64,000 bases of DNA, taken from Candidatus Nitrospinota bacterium M3_3B_026. GTDB lineage: Bacteria; Nitrospinota_A; UBA7883; JBPRGF01. The position numbers and the translations under genes are program-made. The stretch lies in assembly GCA_051418015.1 (NCBI GenBank), contig JBPRGF010000002.1, positions 11,158-75,157 on the forward strand, written 5' to 3'. Below, in pieces: positions 31,406 through 40,245 of the stretch (positions are counted from its first letter, which is position 1; the number at the start of each line of letters is the position of its first letter). The notes below the pieces were generated by a model. The model was not told where the DNA came from. It did no database searches and saw only the letters and a list, made by a program, of their open reading frames with translations.

Positions 31406-32287
31406 TTACCTTCTCGCTCCGAGATATTGTGAGCTGATGTATTTACGGGAATGGCCAAGCTGGTCGGCGATGTACCAGTAGGCGCGATCAGCGCTCTCTT
31501 TTTGCTCCATGGTCATCTCTTTAACGCCCGGGCCGCCGCAGACCCTCGGCTCCATGCCGGTCATCTCGCGATACGTCTTGTGCGCCCAACCGTGGCGGAG
31601 GTCGTGGCTTCTTATGCCGAGGACTTTTCGGAGCGTGTCGTGGTAGTTGCGCAGCCAGTTTTCGAGAGTTTTGTCCTTCGGGATGAGGCTTTTGTTCCTC
31701 GTCCGGTCCGCGTATTCATGGACGCGCCTTATCCAGCCGCGTTGAGCCTCGTTGTTGACGTCGAGATTACGCGGCCGGCCGCCCTTACACCAGCTGCCGA
31801 GCATGGCAAGATAGTTTTCACGGTCGGCGAATTTTACCCGGAACTTCAACGCCTCCTGCGCCCTGACGCCGAACAGCATCTGGGCCTCGACGGCCAGGCG
31901 GTACTCCTCTTTCGGTATCCGCTGGATCTCTTCCGGCGCCGGATAGGCAGCCCTGTCCCGTGTGGCGTAGTATCTGCGCGAGCCGATCCCGTACTCAGCG
32001 TTCGTCCTGTGGACGATGTTCGGCTTGCCGATGCCCTTTGCAAGAGAGCGCAAGTAGGACAGATTGTTCTTGAGCGATCCCGTGGACAGCCCCAGGCCTT
32101 TCAGGTGTTCGACGTAGGCTTCGATGATCCTCGGCTTCAGGGAGGAAAGTTTCGACAATGACCTGTAATTCTCCATCAGCCAGCCGCCGAACCTGTGCAG
32201 ACCGACTTCGAGGTCACGCCTGCCGGCGTAGCTCCGCCGGCCGCTCCCACGGATGACTTTCTGGATGTCGGCTTTTAGTCTTCGCAT
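31406..32287 (-). CDS. second, divergent tyrosine recombinase (Integrase_1-like with N-terminal SAM-like domain)
   Basis: Full catalytic set: FGVRAQEA (R), CKGGRPR (K), HDLRHGWA (HxxR), LGHSR (H), SQYLG (Y). N-terminal IEAYVEHL...LSTGSLKNNLSYLR. AAGGAG RBS before ATG 32287. Confidence 0.85.
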   Translation of the reverse strand: MRRLKADIQKVIRGSGRRSYAGRRDLEVGLHRFGGWLMENYRSLSKLSSLKPRIIEAYVEHLKGLGLSTGSLKNNLSYLRSLAKGIGKPNIVHRTNAEYGIGSRRYYATRDRAAYPAPEEIQRIPKEEYRLAVEAQMLFGVRAQEALKFRVKFADRENYLAMLGSWCKGGRPRNLDVNNEAQRGWIRRVHEYADRTRNKSLIPKDKTLENWLRNYHDTLRKVLGIRSHDLRHGWAHKTYREMTGMEPRVCGGPGVKEMTMEQKESADRAYWYIADQLGHSRKYISSQYLGARR

Positions 32288-32299
32288 AATCGACTCCTT

Positions 32300-33005
32300 T
32301 CTTTTTGGCTTTGTTGATAAAAGTTCAGTGTTACTGCCGACCGTCAAAAACGGTCACAGCCAGAGCCGCGCGGACGTACCGTCGCGGTTGACTGTCGTCC
32401 GGCCCCTTAGTGTCCGGACGGGCCTTGAGCCTGGCCAAAAACAGGCCTCCGGGACATGCCCGGATTCCAGCCCACAAGCGCTGGCAGGTTAAAAAGATCG
32501 GGTAGCCGCTATCCCGATCGCCGCTTTTCCTGGCGCGGCGGCCCGCGCATAAAAGGGAAACAAAACGGTGTGGAGCAGACACACCTTGTCTTTTCTACGG
32601 ATGACCGTCATGGAGGACGGTGATTCGCGCCGCCCGCCGCGAGCTTGTGGAATCACGCGGACAGAGCAGCGCCAGGTTCTCTAAGGAAAGCGCGGCTATG
32701 AAACTGCGAAGGCTTGCGCGAAACAGACGCTCCGCAAGAGCCTTCGCAGGTGACAGGGATTCAGCGAAGGTTGATTAAAACCCTCACCGCGGCCGCGATG
32801 GGCCGATTCCATGAGCTCCGCGAACGCGCAAAAACGCCGATGAGGCGAGAAAGCGCGCACGGAGAGTGTGGTGGATTCGCGCCGGGATTGGCGCGCGTGT
32901 GGCGGACCCGCCGGTCCGCTGTCTGGAAGGGCCCGGGGCTAAAACCCAGGTCCTTTAGGTCCCCGAAGGGAGTGCTTCACGAAGAAGCGGAAAATGAAAA
33001 ACTAT
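32300..33005 (-). ncRNA. candidate ~700-nt structured non-coding RNA/leader (or structured ssDNA origin)
   Basis: No credible ORF, more than a dozen back-to-back stem-loops, and it lies between a consensus promoter and the recombinase RBS. Confidence 0.55.
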
Positions 33006-33011
33006 GGTTGA

Positions 33012-33041
33012 ATTATACTGGAGTCCCGGCCCCCCAGTCAA
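33012..33041 (-). promoter_or_regulatory. sigma70 promoter facing the structured leader and recombinase
   Basis: Minus strand TTGACT-N18-TATAAT. Confidence 0.7.
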
Positions 33042-33042
33042 T

Positions 33043-33091
33043 AAAAAAGGCGACACCCGGCGCCCCTGTGGGGCGCGCCGGATATCGCCTT
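33043..33091 (-). terminator. terminator of the DUF1640 gene
   Basis: Long GC stem (AGGCGAtAtCCGGCGcgCCCC/GGGGCGCCGGgTgTCGCCT) followed by TTTTT on the minus strand. Confidence 0.7.
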
Positions 33092-33115
33092 GTCCTTCCT
33101 CCGGCCGGGCCGGAG

Positions 33116-33442
33116 TCACCTTATCATCGAAATAACCAGGCCGAATCCGGCTATCATGATGGCGAATTGACCCAGGGTCAATCCCACCATCCATTTGATA
33201 AGCCGGTTCTCGGTATCCCTCAGTTCGGTTCTGAGCCGGTGCTCTAGCTCCTTCATCTCGCCCCTGAGAGCGCCCATATCGCTCCTGAGGGCGGTTTCCA
33301 GGTTCTTCAGATCGCCTTTTGTGGCGACCTGCTCTTCGGCGAACCTCACGAGGGCGCGGGCCTGTACTTCCGCCTGCGCCTCGGGAACGCCGGCCTCCTT
33401 CAGCTCCTTGGCGTAAGCCAAAGTATCGAAAACCATGCTCAT
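33116..33442 (-). CDS. DUF1640/CCDC90-like coiled-coil protein with C-terminal TM
   Basis: FDTLAYAKELKEAGVPEAQAE, ATKGDL, heptads, LIKWMVG followed by a hydrophobic tail. Confidence 0.88.
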   Translation of the reverse strand: MSMVFDTLAYAKELKEAGVPEAQAEVQARALVRFAEEQVATKGDLKNLETALRSDMGALRGEMKELEHRLRTELRDTENRLIKWMVGLTLGQFAIMIAGFGLVISMIR

Positions 33443-33645
33443 ATCCTTTCTCCTAATTTATACCACATCCTGCAAGGCCGAGTCCTGCCAGAACCACCAT
33501 TTTTCATTCCCGCGGCATCACCTCGAACGCCGGAACGAAAGAGAGTGGTCTGAATAATTCCTCTGTGAAAGTCCGTGAAAAACGCCGTCACGAACGATGA
33601 TGTTATCCAAGGCGCTGAAACAGCGAGCCGCCGCGCCGTTTTGTT

Positions 33646-33800
33646 CTTTCGTCACTCTACGCTTCGGCGCTGATTTTTTTTCGCTCGCTCCCGGCATTGG
33701 AAGGCGCAGGAGGCGGCGAATCGCTACCCAGGCTCGCCTTCAGGCGCCTTCATGCCGTCCGCATCGCTCGCGAACCGCGCCTTCGCCAGAGTGACGAAAG
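33646..33800. repeat. ~155-bp long imperfect hairpin
   Basis: Perfect 13-bp outer arms CTTTCGTCACTCT/AGAGTGACGAAAG and inner arms CGGCAT..GAAGGCGC/GCGCCTTC-ATGCCG. Confidence 0.75.
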
Positions 33801-33833
33801 CGGACGGGGGAGGATGTTTGTTGAGCGCGCGAC

Positions 33834-34023
33834 TTACAAATTTTTACGTAAATCTTTGATAGCCATATCGCAGTCGCGCAATATTTTAGACAAAAGGCCG
33901 GGGCCTAACGTTTCGCGGGAATGAACAGGAAAAGGGTGGCTTCCTCTTATTCTAAAGACTTTAAAACCCGCGCGTTGAAGGGCGAATCAGTCGCTTGCCG
34001 GTGAGGCGGGGTTTTCTGCTCAC
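33834..34023 (-). pseudogene. hicA: decayed HicA toxin
   Basis: Frame-broken pieces RLTGKRLIR / GFKVFRIRGSH / PVHSRETLGP / LSKILRDCDMAIKDLRKNL*, directly after hicB with a GTGA overlap. Confidence 0.75.
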
Positions 34024-34229
34024 GCCGGAACATGGAGCCGCTGGACACCTATGAAATCGAGCTTTTCAACTTTATCTCCCCTCACCTCGAGGCAAAGCTC
34101 TATCGCCTCTTTTACTCGCTCCATGAGAACGTCCAGCGATTTCGCCTGGGTATGACAACCAGGCAAGGCGGGCACAGAGGCCACATAATACCCCTCCTCG
34201 TCCCGCTCGATGATGACGTCGTATTCCAT
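34020..34229 (-). CDS. hicB: HicB-family antitoxin (short form)
   Basis: YDVIIERDEEGYYVASVPALPGCHTQAKSLDVLMERVKEAIELCLE. Confidence 0.9.
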   Translation of the reverse strand: MEYDVIIERDEEGYYVASVPALPGCHTQAKSLDVLMERVKEAIELCLEVRGDKVEKLDFIGVQRLHVPA

Positions 34230-34622
34230 GTTATTACCTTCTCCAAGCGGCCCTTTCACTGACTCCATTAAAATTATATCACTAGATCATGACAGAACAT
34301 ATTCGAAACGATTCGAGCCGCTTACCACAAATCAGCGACAGGCACGAAAAGTCAATTTACCCCCTTCTCAGAGCATCCAAAAGTCGTTTTACCCCCGCCT
34401 CACGGGAGACTAAAGTTAATTTGAATCCAATGAGCGGATTAAAAAAGCTCTGTCGTTCCTGCGTTTCATAGTGATCCAAATTCAGAACCTTTGGTTCGAA
34501 GATACCAAACAATCCACAGTCCCGGCTTATCGGAATCAAGCCCTTGAAAAATCGTCATTATTCCCAGCCGCTGAGGTCGCGGGTTCGATCCCCGTCAGCT
34601 TTACAATCCATTCAACGGGTTG

Positions 34623-34770
34623 CGCCTCCAGCGCCACCTTCGCCTTGAACTCGGCTGAAAAATTCCTTCGTTTGGACATAGAACAAGATTCCTCCTTCAT
34701 CTCGCGGAATCCACTTTAGCATCCTGTCCAAACATCGGGGAGCACCCCTGAATGCCGGCGGGATCACCCT
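34623..34770 (-). mobile_element. IS3-family remnant (left end and truncated orfA)
   Basis: Minus strand AAGGAGG RBS then MSKRRNFSAEFKAKVALEA, cut off at the att repeat; upstream ...CCCCGATGTTTGGACA resembles an IS3 IR. Confidence 0.7.
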
Positions 34771-34872
34771 TCCCGGCTCTTCCATTCGCTCCGCAGGGAT
34801 ATCCTTTATCTGATAACATGACATCGCGGCGGAGCAGGAGAAAATTAGCATGTTTCATATCCGTTCGGAACA

Positions 34873-36108
34873 ATGACATCAAAGTCATACGATTTCGTGG
34901 TGGCCGGGGCCGGGATAATCGGCCTCGCCACAGCCCGCGCGCTGAAGAGAAAATACCCCGGCGCGAGCGTCCTTGTGCTCGAGAAAGAGCCGCGGCCGGG
35001 GCTTCACGCCAGCGGCCGTAACAGCGGCGTCCTTCACAGCGGGATTTATTACGCCCCCGGCACATTCAAGGCGAGGCTGTGCGTCCGTGGCGCGCAAATG
35101 ATGATGTCCTTCGCCGGGGAGCGCGGGATACCCTTCGAGAAAACAGGCAAGGTGATCGTGGCCGCCAGGGAGGAGGACCTGCCGGTGATCGACAGGCTGA
35201 TGGCCAACGCGAGGGCGAACAGCGTGCTCGCCGAAAAACTGTCCGCCGATGACATAAGAAAGATCGAGCCTGCCACGGAGCCATACGAAACGGGCGTATA
35301 TTGCCCGGATACAGCCGTCATCGACAGCGCGCGGGTAGTAAAAGAGCTTTCCGAAGTCATCCGGTCCTCCGGCGTCGAGATACTTTTCGGAGAGAGAGTC
35401 TTGAGCGCGGACTCGGGGCGGGGCGAGTTGACGGCCACCGGCGGCGAATTCTCATTCGGCTGGTTCTATAACTGCGCCGGAGCCTACGCGGACATTATAG
35501 CGGCGCGGTTCGGCGCCGGCCGGGGATACGAGCTGACCCCTTTCAAGGGAATCTACTTCAAGCTCGCGCCGGACAAGGCGCGGCTTGTCCGGGGGAATAT
35601 ATATCCCGTTCCCGACCTGGATTTCCCTTTCCTCGGGGTACATTTCACGCGGGCGATCGGCGGCGATGTCTACGCGGGGCCGACGGCGATTCCGGCCCTG
35701 GGGCGGGAGAACTACGCGATGATAAAGGACATGAACCCCGCCGAGGCGTTTGGCGTGGCAAGGCGCATGCTGAGCGTTTACATCGCCGACAGGGACAATT
35801 TCCGGCGCCTGGTGAAAGGAGAGACAAGGAAATATTTCAAGGGCGGTTTTCTGGCGGCGGCTAGGCGCCTCATGCCGTCGATCACGGCCGAAGACCTGAT
35901 CCGGTCGGATAAGGTGGGCATCAGGCCCCAGTTGGTCAACGTCCGGGAAAAGAGGCTTGAGCTCGATTACGTGGTGGAGCGCGCGGACCGGTCCACGCAC
36001 GTGCTGAACGCCATTTCGCCAGCCTTCACCAGCTCCCTGGCTTTCGCCGAATTTATCGTGGAGAATGATTATAATCTTCATTCAGAAGAAAGCGCCGAAG
36101 AAGCGTGA
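34873..36108 (+). CDS. lhgO: L-2-hydroxyglutarate oxidase-like FAD oxidoreductase
   Basis: GAGIIGLA, HASGRNSGVLHSGIYY, YPVPDLDFPFLGVHFT, GIRPQ, HVLNAISPAFTSS. Confidence 0.88.
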   Translation: MTSKSYDFVVAGAGIIGLATARALKRKYPGASVLVLEKEPRPGLHASGRNSGVLHSGIYYAPGTFKARLCVRGAQMMMSFAGERGIPFEKTGKVIVAAREEDLPVIDRLMANARANSVLAEKLSADDIRKIEPATEPYETGVYCPDTAVIDSARVVKELSEVIRSSGVEILFGERVLSADSGRGELTATGGEFSFGWFYNCAGAYADIIAARFGAGRGYELTPFKGIYFKLAPDKARLVRGNIYPVPDLDFPFLGVHFTRAIGGDVYAGPTAIPALGRENYAMIKDMNPAEAFGVARRMLSVYIADRDNFRRLVKGETRKYFKGGFLAAARRLMPSITAEDLIRSDKVGIRPQLVNVREKRLELDYVVERADRSTHVLNAISPAFTSSLAFAEFIVENDYNLHSEESAEEA

Positions 36109-36253
36109 GGGAGGCCCGCGGGCGCATCCAGAACATCGCGCGGATGGTCATAACCTGCCGTCGCGTATAGAATCATGGAGAGATGATTATGGCTGTCAGT
36201 AAAGAATCGCCATGCGATCCGCTGGAAAGCCCCGGCGGGCGCGAAGGCCGGGG

Positions 36254-37264
36254 ATGCCCGCGATGAGCCGCGCGCGGACGCTCGCTGTCGCGGGAGCGGG
36301 ATACTGGGGCAGGAACATCATAAGGAACCTTGTGGAGCTTGGCGCTCTCAGGTCCATCGTCGAGAACCATTCCGGAGCCCAGGAGGAGGCCGCCCGGCGT
36401 AACCCCGATATCGACATGAAGGGATCGCTGTCCGAGGCTCTGGCAGACCCGGGCGTGGAGGGGGTGGTGGTCGTCACCCCCGCGGCGACCCACGCCGCAC
36501 TTGTGCGCGAATCCCTGATGGCGGGCAAACACGTGTTCGTGGAAAAACCGCTCTGCCTCGACCCCGAAGAGGGCCGCCGCCTGGTGGACCTCGCCCGGGA
36601 GAAACGCCGGATACTGATGGTGGGGCACCTGCTCCATTACCATCCCGCGGTGGTCGCCCTCAAGAGCATGATCGCCGGCGGCGAGCTGGGGCCGTTGCAG
36701 TACATATATTCCAACCGGCTCAACCTCGGCAAAATAAGGACAGAGGAAAACATCCTCTGGTCCTTCGCCCCGCACGACATTTCGGTGCTTCTGGCGCTGC
36801 TGGGGGAGGCGCCGACGGCCGTCTCCTGCCACGCGTCCCATATCCTGAGCAAGGACGTCGCCGACGTCACCGTGAGCGCTTTCACATTCGCTTCGGGGAT
36901 ACGGGCGCACATTTTCGTAAGCTGGCTGCATCCCTTCAAAGAACAGAAGCTGGTGGTGGTCGGCGAAAAAAAGATGGCTGTCTTCGACGACCGGGAACGG
37001 GAGAACAAGCTGGTGGTATATCCCCACGTCATAAAATGGGATGGGGATGTTCCGGTCCCGGACCGGAGGCAGGCCGAGCCGGTGGCGCTCAATGGCGTGG
37101 AGCCGCTCCGCGCGGAGATGGAAGCGTTCCTTGAGGCGATCCGCACAGGCGTCCCTCCCATCACCGACGGCGAGGAGGGGCTCCGGGTGCTGGCGACGCT
37201 GGCAACCTGCCAGCTTTCAATGGCCCGTGACGGGGCGCCGGTCTCATGGACGATGCCTGGCTAG
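36254..37264 (+). CDS. Gfo/Idh/MocA oxidoreductase (WbpB/WlbA-like UDP-GlcNAcA 3-dehydrogenase)
   Basis: GAGYWG, HVFVEKP, RLNLGKIRTEEN.LWSFAPHD, SWLHPFK; adjacent to a WbpD-like gene. Confidence 0.85.
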   Translation: MPAMSRARTLAVAGAGYWGRNIIRNLVELGALRSIVENHSGAQEEAARRNPDIDMKGSLSEALADPGVEGVVVVTPAATHAALVRESLMAGKHVFVEKPLCLDPEEGRRLVDLAREKRRILMVGHLLHYHPAVVALKSMIAGGELGPLQYIYSNRLNLGKIRTEENILWSFAPHDISVLLALLGEAPTAVSCHASHILSKDVADVTVSAFTFASGIRAHIFVSWLHPFKEQKLVVVGEKKMAVFDDRERENKLVVYPHVIKWDGDVPVPDRRQAEPVALNGVEPLRAEMEAFLEAIRTGVPPITDGEEGLRVLATLATCQLSMARDGAPVSWTMPG

Positions 37265-37282
37265 ATCGGGAGACCGGCGGAG

Positions 37283-37855
37283 ATGATTCACGAAACGGCG
37301 ATAATAGATGAGGGAGTGACGATCGGCGAGGGCACGAGGATATGGCACTTTTCCCATGTGTTGGGGGGTAGCGTCATCGGCGAGCGCTGTAATATAGGGC
37401 AAAATGTCGTTATCGGCCCGCGCGTCACCATCGGCGACGGCTGCAAGATACAGAACAACGTGTCGGTATACGAGGGAGTCACGCTGGAGGAGGATGTGTT
37501 CTGCGGCCCCTCCATGGTCTTCACCAACGTCATCAACCCGCGGGCCCACATAGTCCGGAAAGACCAGTATCTGCCCACCGTGGCGCGAAAAGGCGCAACC
37601 ATCGGCGCGAACGCCACCATACTGTGCGGCGTCACGCTCGGGCGCTACTGCCTTGTCGGCGCGGGCGCGGTTGTGACAAAGGATGTGCCGGACTACGGGC
37701 TGATGGTGGGCGCTCCTGCCCGAAGGCGGGGATGGGTCTGCGCATGCGGCGTCTCGCTGACCCTGGACGGCGGCCGCGCCGAATGCTCTGAATGCGGCGG
37801 CGTCTACCGGCTTGTAAACGATCTCCTTCAACCAGCCATGGCGGACCAGGGGTGA
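37283..37855 (+). CDS. WbpD/WlbB-like hexapeptide N-acetyltransferase
   Basis: IWHFSHV, CKIQNNVSVYEGV.LE.DVFCGPSMVFTNV.NPR, C-terminal CxC...CxxC. Confidence 0.9.
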   Translation: MIHETAIIDEGVTIGEGTRIWHFSHVLGGSVIGERCNIGQNVVIGPRVTIGDGCKIQNNVSVYEGVTLEEDVFCGPSMVFTNVINPRAHIVRKDQYLPTVARKGATIGANATILCGVTLGRYCLVGAGAVVTKDVPDYGLMVGAPARRRGWVCACGVSLTLDGGRAECSECGGVYRLVNDLLQPAMADQG

Positions 37856-39153
37856 TCGCTTCTCCATCGAAAAGCGGCGCCGGGACGCCCATCCGGTTCC
37901 ATATCGTCTCCTACCACTACGCCGACCCGGATTCCCCCGCCTGGCCGCGCGTCGATTTCCTGGCCGCGGATCTGGCCGGCCGCGGCCATTCCGTGACCAT
38001 ATGGACGCGCCCGTTTGACGGGGACAGGACCGGCGGCGGGATCCAGGCGCGTGGCGTCGCCGACCCGTTGCGGCCATCCCGGGTGAAGGCGAGCGGCGCG
38101 GCGGCGCCATCCTCCTCCGCCCCGTGGAAAACGCGAATGCGCGGCATCGCCCGAAAATGGATACGCGCCGCGACATTTCCAGACCCCCAGTCTTTCTGGG
38201 CCAGGCGCGTCGCCCGCAGGGTCGCGGCGGAGAAGGAGCGTCCAGCCATGGCAGTGACGTTCGCCGCGCCGGAGAGCGCCGGGCTCGTCGGCGAAGCCTT
38301 GCGGCGCAGGGGCGGAAAGTGGTGGTTTGACCTGGCGGACGGATGGACGTTTCAAGGGTTGCGATACGAGGCCCTCGCCAGCCCGTCCCGCAAGGCCCGG
38401 GAAGCGGCTCTGGAAAAACGCTGGATCGCGTCCGCGGACGGCGTTTCCACCGTCAACGCGGCTCTCCGGGACTACTTCAACAGCCTTCGTCCATCACCGG
38501 ACGTCCACGTCTTCCCCAACGTCATTCCGCGGGAGATGGACCTCGGCGGCGCCTCCGCCGTCTGCATGGGCGGCGATTTTCTCACCGCCCTCTACTTCGG
38601 CAGACTCAGAAAGAGTGACGCCGCCCGATCACTCGCTCCGTTGCTCAACCAGCTCGCGGCGGACCCTGCGCAGGCCTCCCGCGTCCGGCTCCTGTTCGTG
38701 GGCGATTTCGACAAGGATGACCTGCGTGAGATCGAGCTTGCGGGGACCTTGTGCGGCGGGGTCGAGACAATACCGCCGATTCCGCGAGGGCGCCTGCCCG
38801 AATTGATCAGGGAAAAACAGGCCGGCGCCATGCTGGTGATAAACAGCCCCGGCTTGAAGGGCAGCACCAGCAAACTGCTTGACGCAGTCGGGCTGGGGAT
38901 GCCTGTATGGTTGTTCGGCGACGATGACTCCGAAGCGGCTAAAATAACAAGGGAGGGGAGAATGGGAGTGGTGGTCCGCAACGACGCGGCGCCGATAGGC
39001 CTGGCCGAAACGGAGTCCACCCTGCGCCGGGCGGCGGCGGAAGGTTTCGGCGGGCGCGTCCGCTCGTTGTGGAGCGGCCCGGCGCGGGCGGCGGAGCTTG
39101 GCGACCTGCTGGAGGCCGCCGCCGTGAGAGATACAATCGGAGACGGCGGATGA
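37852..39153 (+). CDS. GT-B (GT4-like) glycosyltransferase
   Basis: FPDP..FW, DL.DGW, LE..W...AD, PN, YFGRL, SKL.D; translational coupling at both ends. Confidence 0.7.
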   Translation: MIASPSKSGAGTPIRFHIVSYHYADPDSPAWPRVDFLAADLAGRGHSVTIWTRPFDGDRTGGGIQARGVADPLRPSRVKASGAAAPSSSAPWKTRMRGIARKWIRAATFPDPQSFWARRVARRVAAEKERPAMAVTFAAPESAGLVGEALRRRGGKWWFDLADGWTFQGLRYEALASPSRKAREAALEKRWIASADGVSTVNAALRDYFNSLRPSPDVHVFPNVIPREMDLGGASAVCMGGDFLTALYFGRLRKSDAARSLAPLLNQLAADPAQASRVRLLFVGDFDKDDLREIELAGTLCGGVETIPPIPRGRLPELIREKQAGAMLVINSPGLKGSTSKLLDAVGLGMPVWLFGDDDSEAAKITREGRMGVVVRNDAAPIGLAETESTLRRAAAEGFGGRVRSLWSGPARAAELGDLLEAAAVRDTIGDGG

Positions 39154-40217
39154 AACTGGCTCACGTGGTTGGGGCGCGGCCCCAGTTCATGCAAGCGGCG
39201 CCGCTGCGGCGTGAGCTGGAGGCGCGGGGCCATCGGGAAATCCTGATCCACACAGGCCAGCATTATGACTATGAGATGAGCCGGGTGTTTTTCGAAGAGC
39301 TGGGCATCCCGGCTCCGGACGTGAACCTGGAAGTGGGCTCCGCGGGCCACGGCGCCATGACGGGGAGGATCATCGAAGCGGTGGAACGCGCTCTCCTGGA
39401 AACACGCCCGGACGTGGTTATAGTGGACGGCGACACCAATTCCACGCTGGGGGGCGCTCTGGCCGCCGCGAAACTGCCCCTGCCCCTTGTCCACGTTGAA
39501 TCGGGACTGAGAAGCGGCGACCGGCGCATGCCCGAGGAAGTGAACCGGATCGTTACCGATCATGTGAGCGGCCTGCTGCTGGCGCCAACGGCCACGGCCA
39601 TAGAGAACCTCGAGCGGGAAGGGCTCTCGGACCGGGCGACGCTGACGGGTGACCTGATGTGCGACTGCTACATCTCCTTCCGGGAAAAGGCCCGCCGCGC
39701 GGTGGTGGGCGAGCTTGGGCTCGGGGAGGGAGCTTACGCGCTGATAACGCTTCACCGGGCCGAGAACACAAACGATCCGGAGCGCTTCACCGGCTTCATG
39801 AAAGGACTGGCGGCCCTGCCACTGCCGTCGATTTTTCCCGTCCATCCCCGCGCCCGGGCCATGGTCGACCTGTACCGGCGCAAGGGCGGCCCCATGGGCC
39901 AGATCAGGCTCACCGGGCCCAGGAGCTACCTCGAAATGATAGCCCTGGAGGAAGCGGCGGAGGTGGTGTTCACGGACTCCGGAGGGGTGCAGCGGGAAGC
40001 GTACCACGCAGGCGCGCCGTCCGTTGTGCTTCGTGATAACACCGAATGGCGCGAGCAGGTGGAGGCCGGCTGGACATATCTGGCCATGCCCAGCGAGGAA
40101 TCCATATTGAGCGCCTACGAAAAAAGCCGCCGCCGCCCGGAAGAGCGCCCCGACATTTACGGCGGCGGCGAAGCGGCAAAACGGATGGTCGACGCCATCG
40201 AGGCCCGCTTCGGTTGA
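39150..40217 (+). CDS. wecB: UDP-N-acetylglucosamine 2-epimerase (non-hydrolysing; WbpI/WecB-like)
   Basis: VVGARPQF, HTGQHYD, GDTNSTL, HVESGLRS, MPEEVNR, TDSGGVQREA, LRDNTEW. Confidence 0.92.
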   Translation: MKLAHVVGARPQFMQAAPLRRELEARGHREILIHTGQHYDYEMSRVFFEELGIPAPDVNLEVGSAGHGAMTGRIIEAVERALLETRPDVVIVDGDTNSTLGGALAAAKLPLPLVHVESGLRSGDRRMPEEVNRIVTDHVSGLLLAPTATAIENLEREGLSDRATLTGDLMCDCYISFREKARRAVVGELGLGEGAYALITLHRAENTNDPERFTGFMKGLAALPLPSIFPVHPRARAMVDLYRRKGGPMGQIRLTGPRSYLEMIALEEAAEVVFTDSGGVQREAYHAGAPSVVLRDNTEWREQVEAGWTYLAMPSEESILSAYEKSRRRPEERPDIYGGGEAAKRMVDAIEARFG

Positions 40218-40245
40218 CCGGCGAAGCCCCCCTCCCGCCGCGGCT

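Larger units (their letters stand above)
29876..34622. mobile_element. ~4.7 kb tRNA-Ala-integrated element (IME/satellite-like)
   Basis: tRNA 3' half plus flank (CGCTGAGGTCaCGGGTTCGATCCCCGTC...CATTCAACGGGTT) is repeated imperfectly at 34569-34622, and the integrase lies next to the tRNA. Confidence 0.88.

Noticed and set aside
32714..33247. 177-aa + strand ORF (and 32331-32582 -) across the structured leader
   Set aside because: Non-ATG starts without a clear RBS, no motifs, overlap with the promoter, terminator and DUF1640 gene; better explained as non-coding.
34569..34622. Second tRNA gene
   Set aside because: Only the 3' half is present, with a broken acceptor stem and no CCA, so it is an att duplicate.
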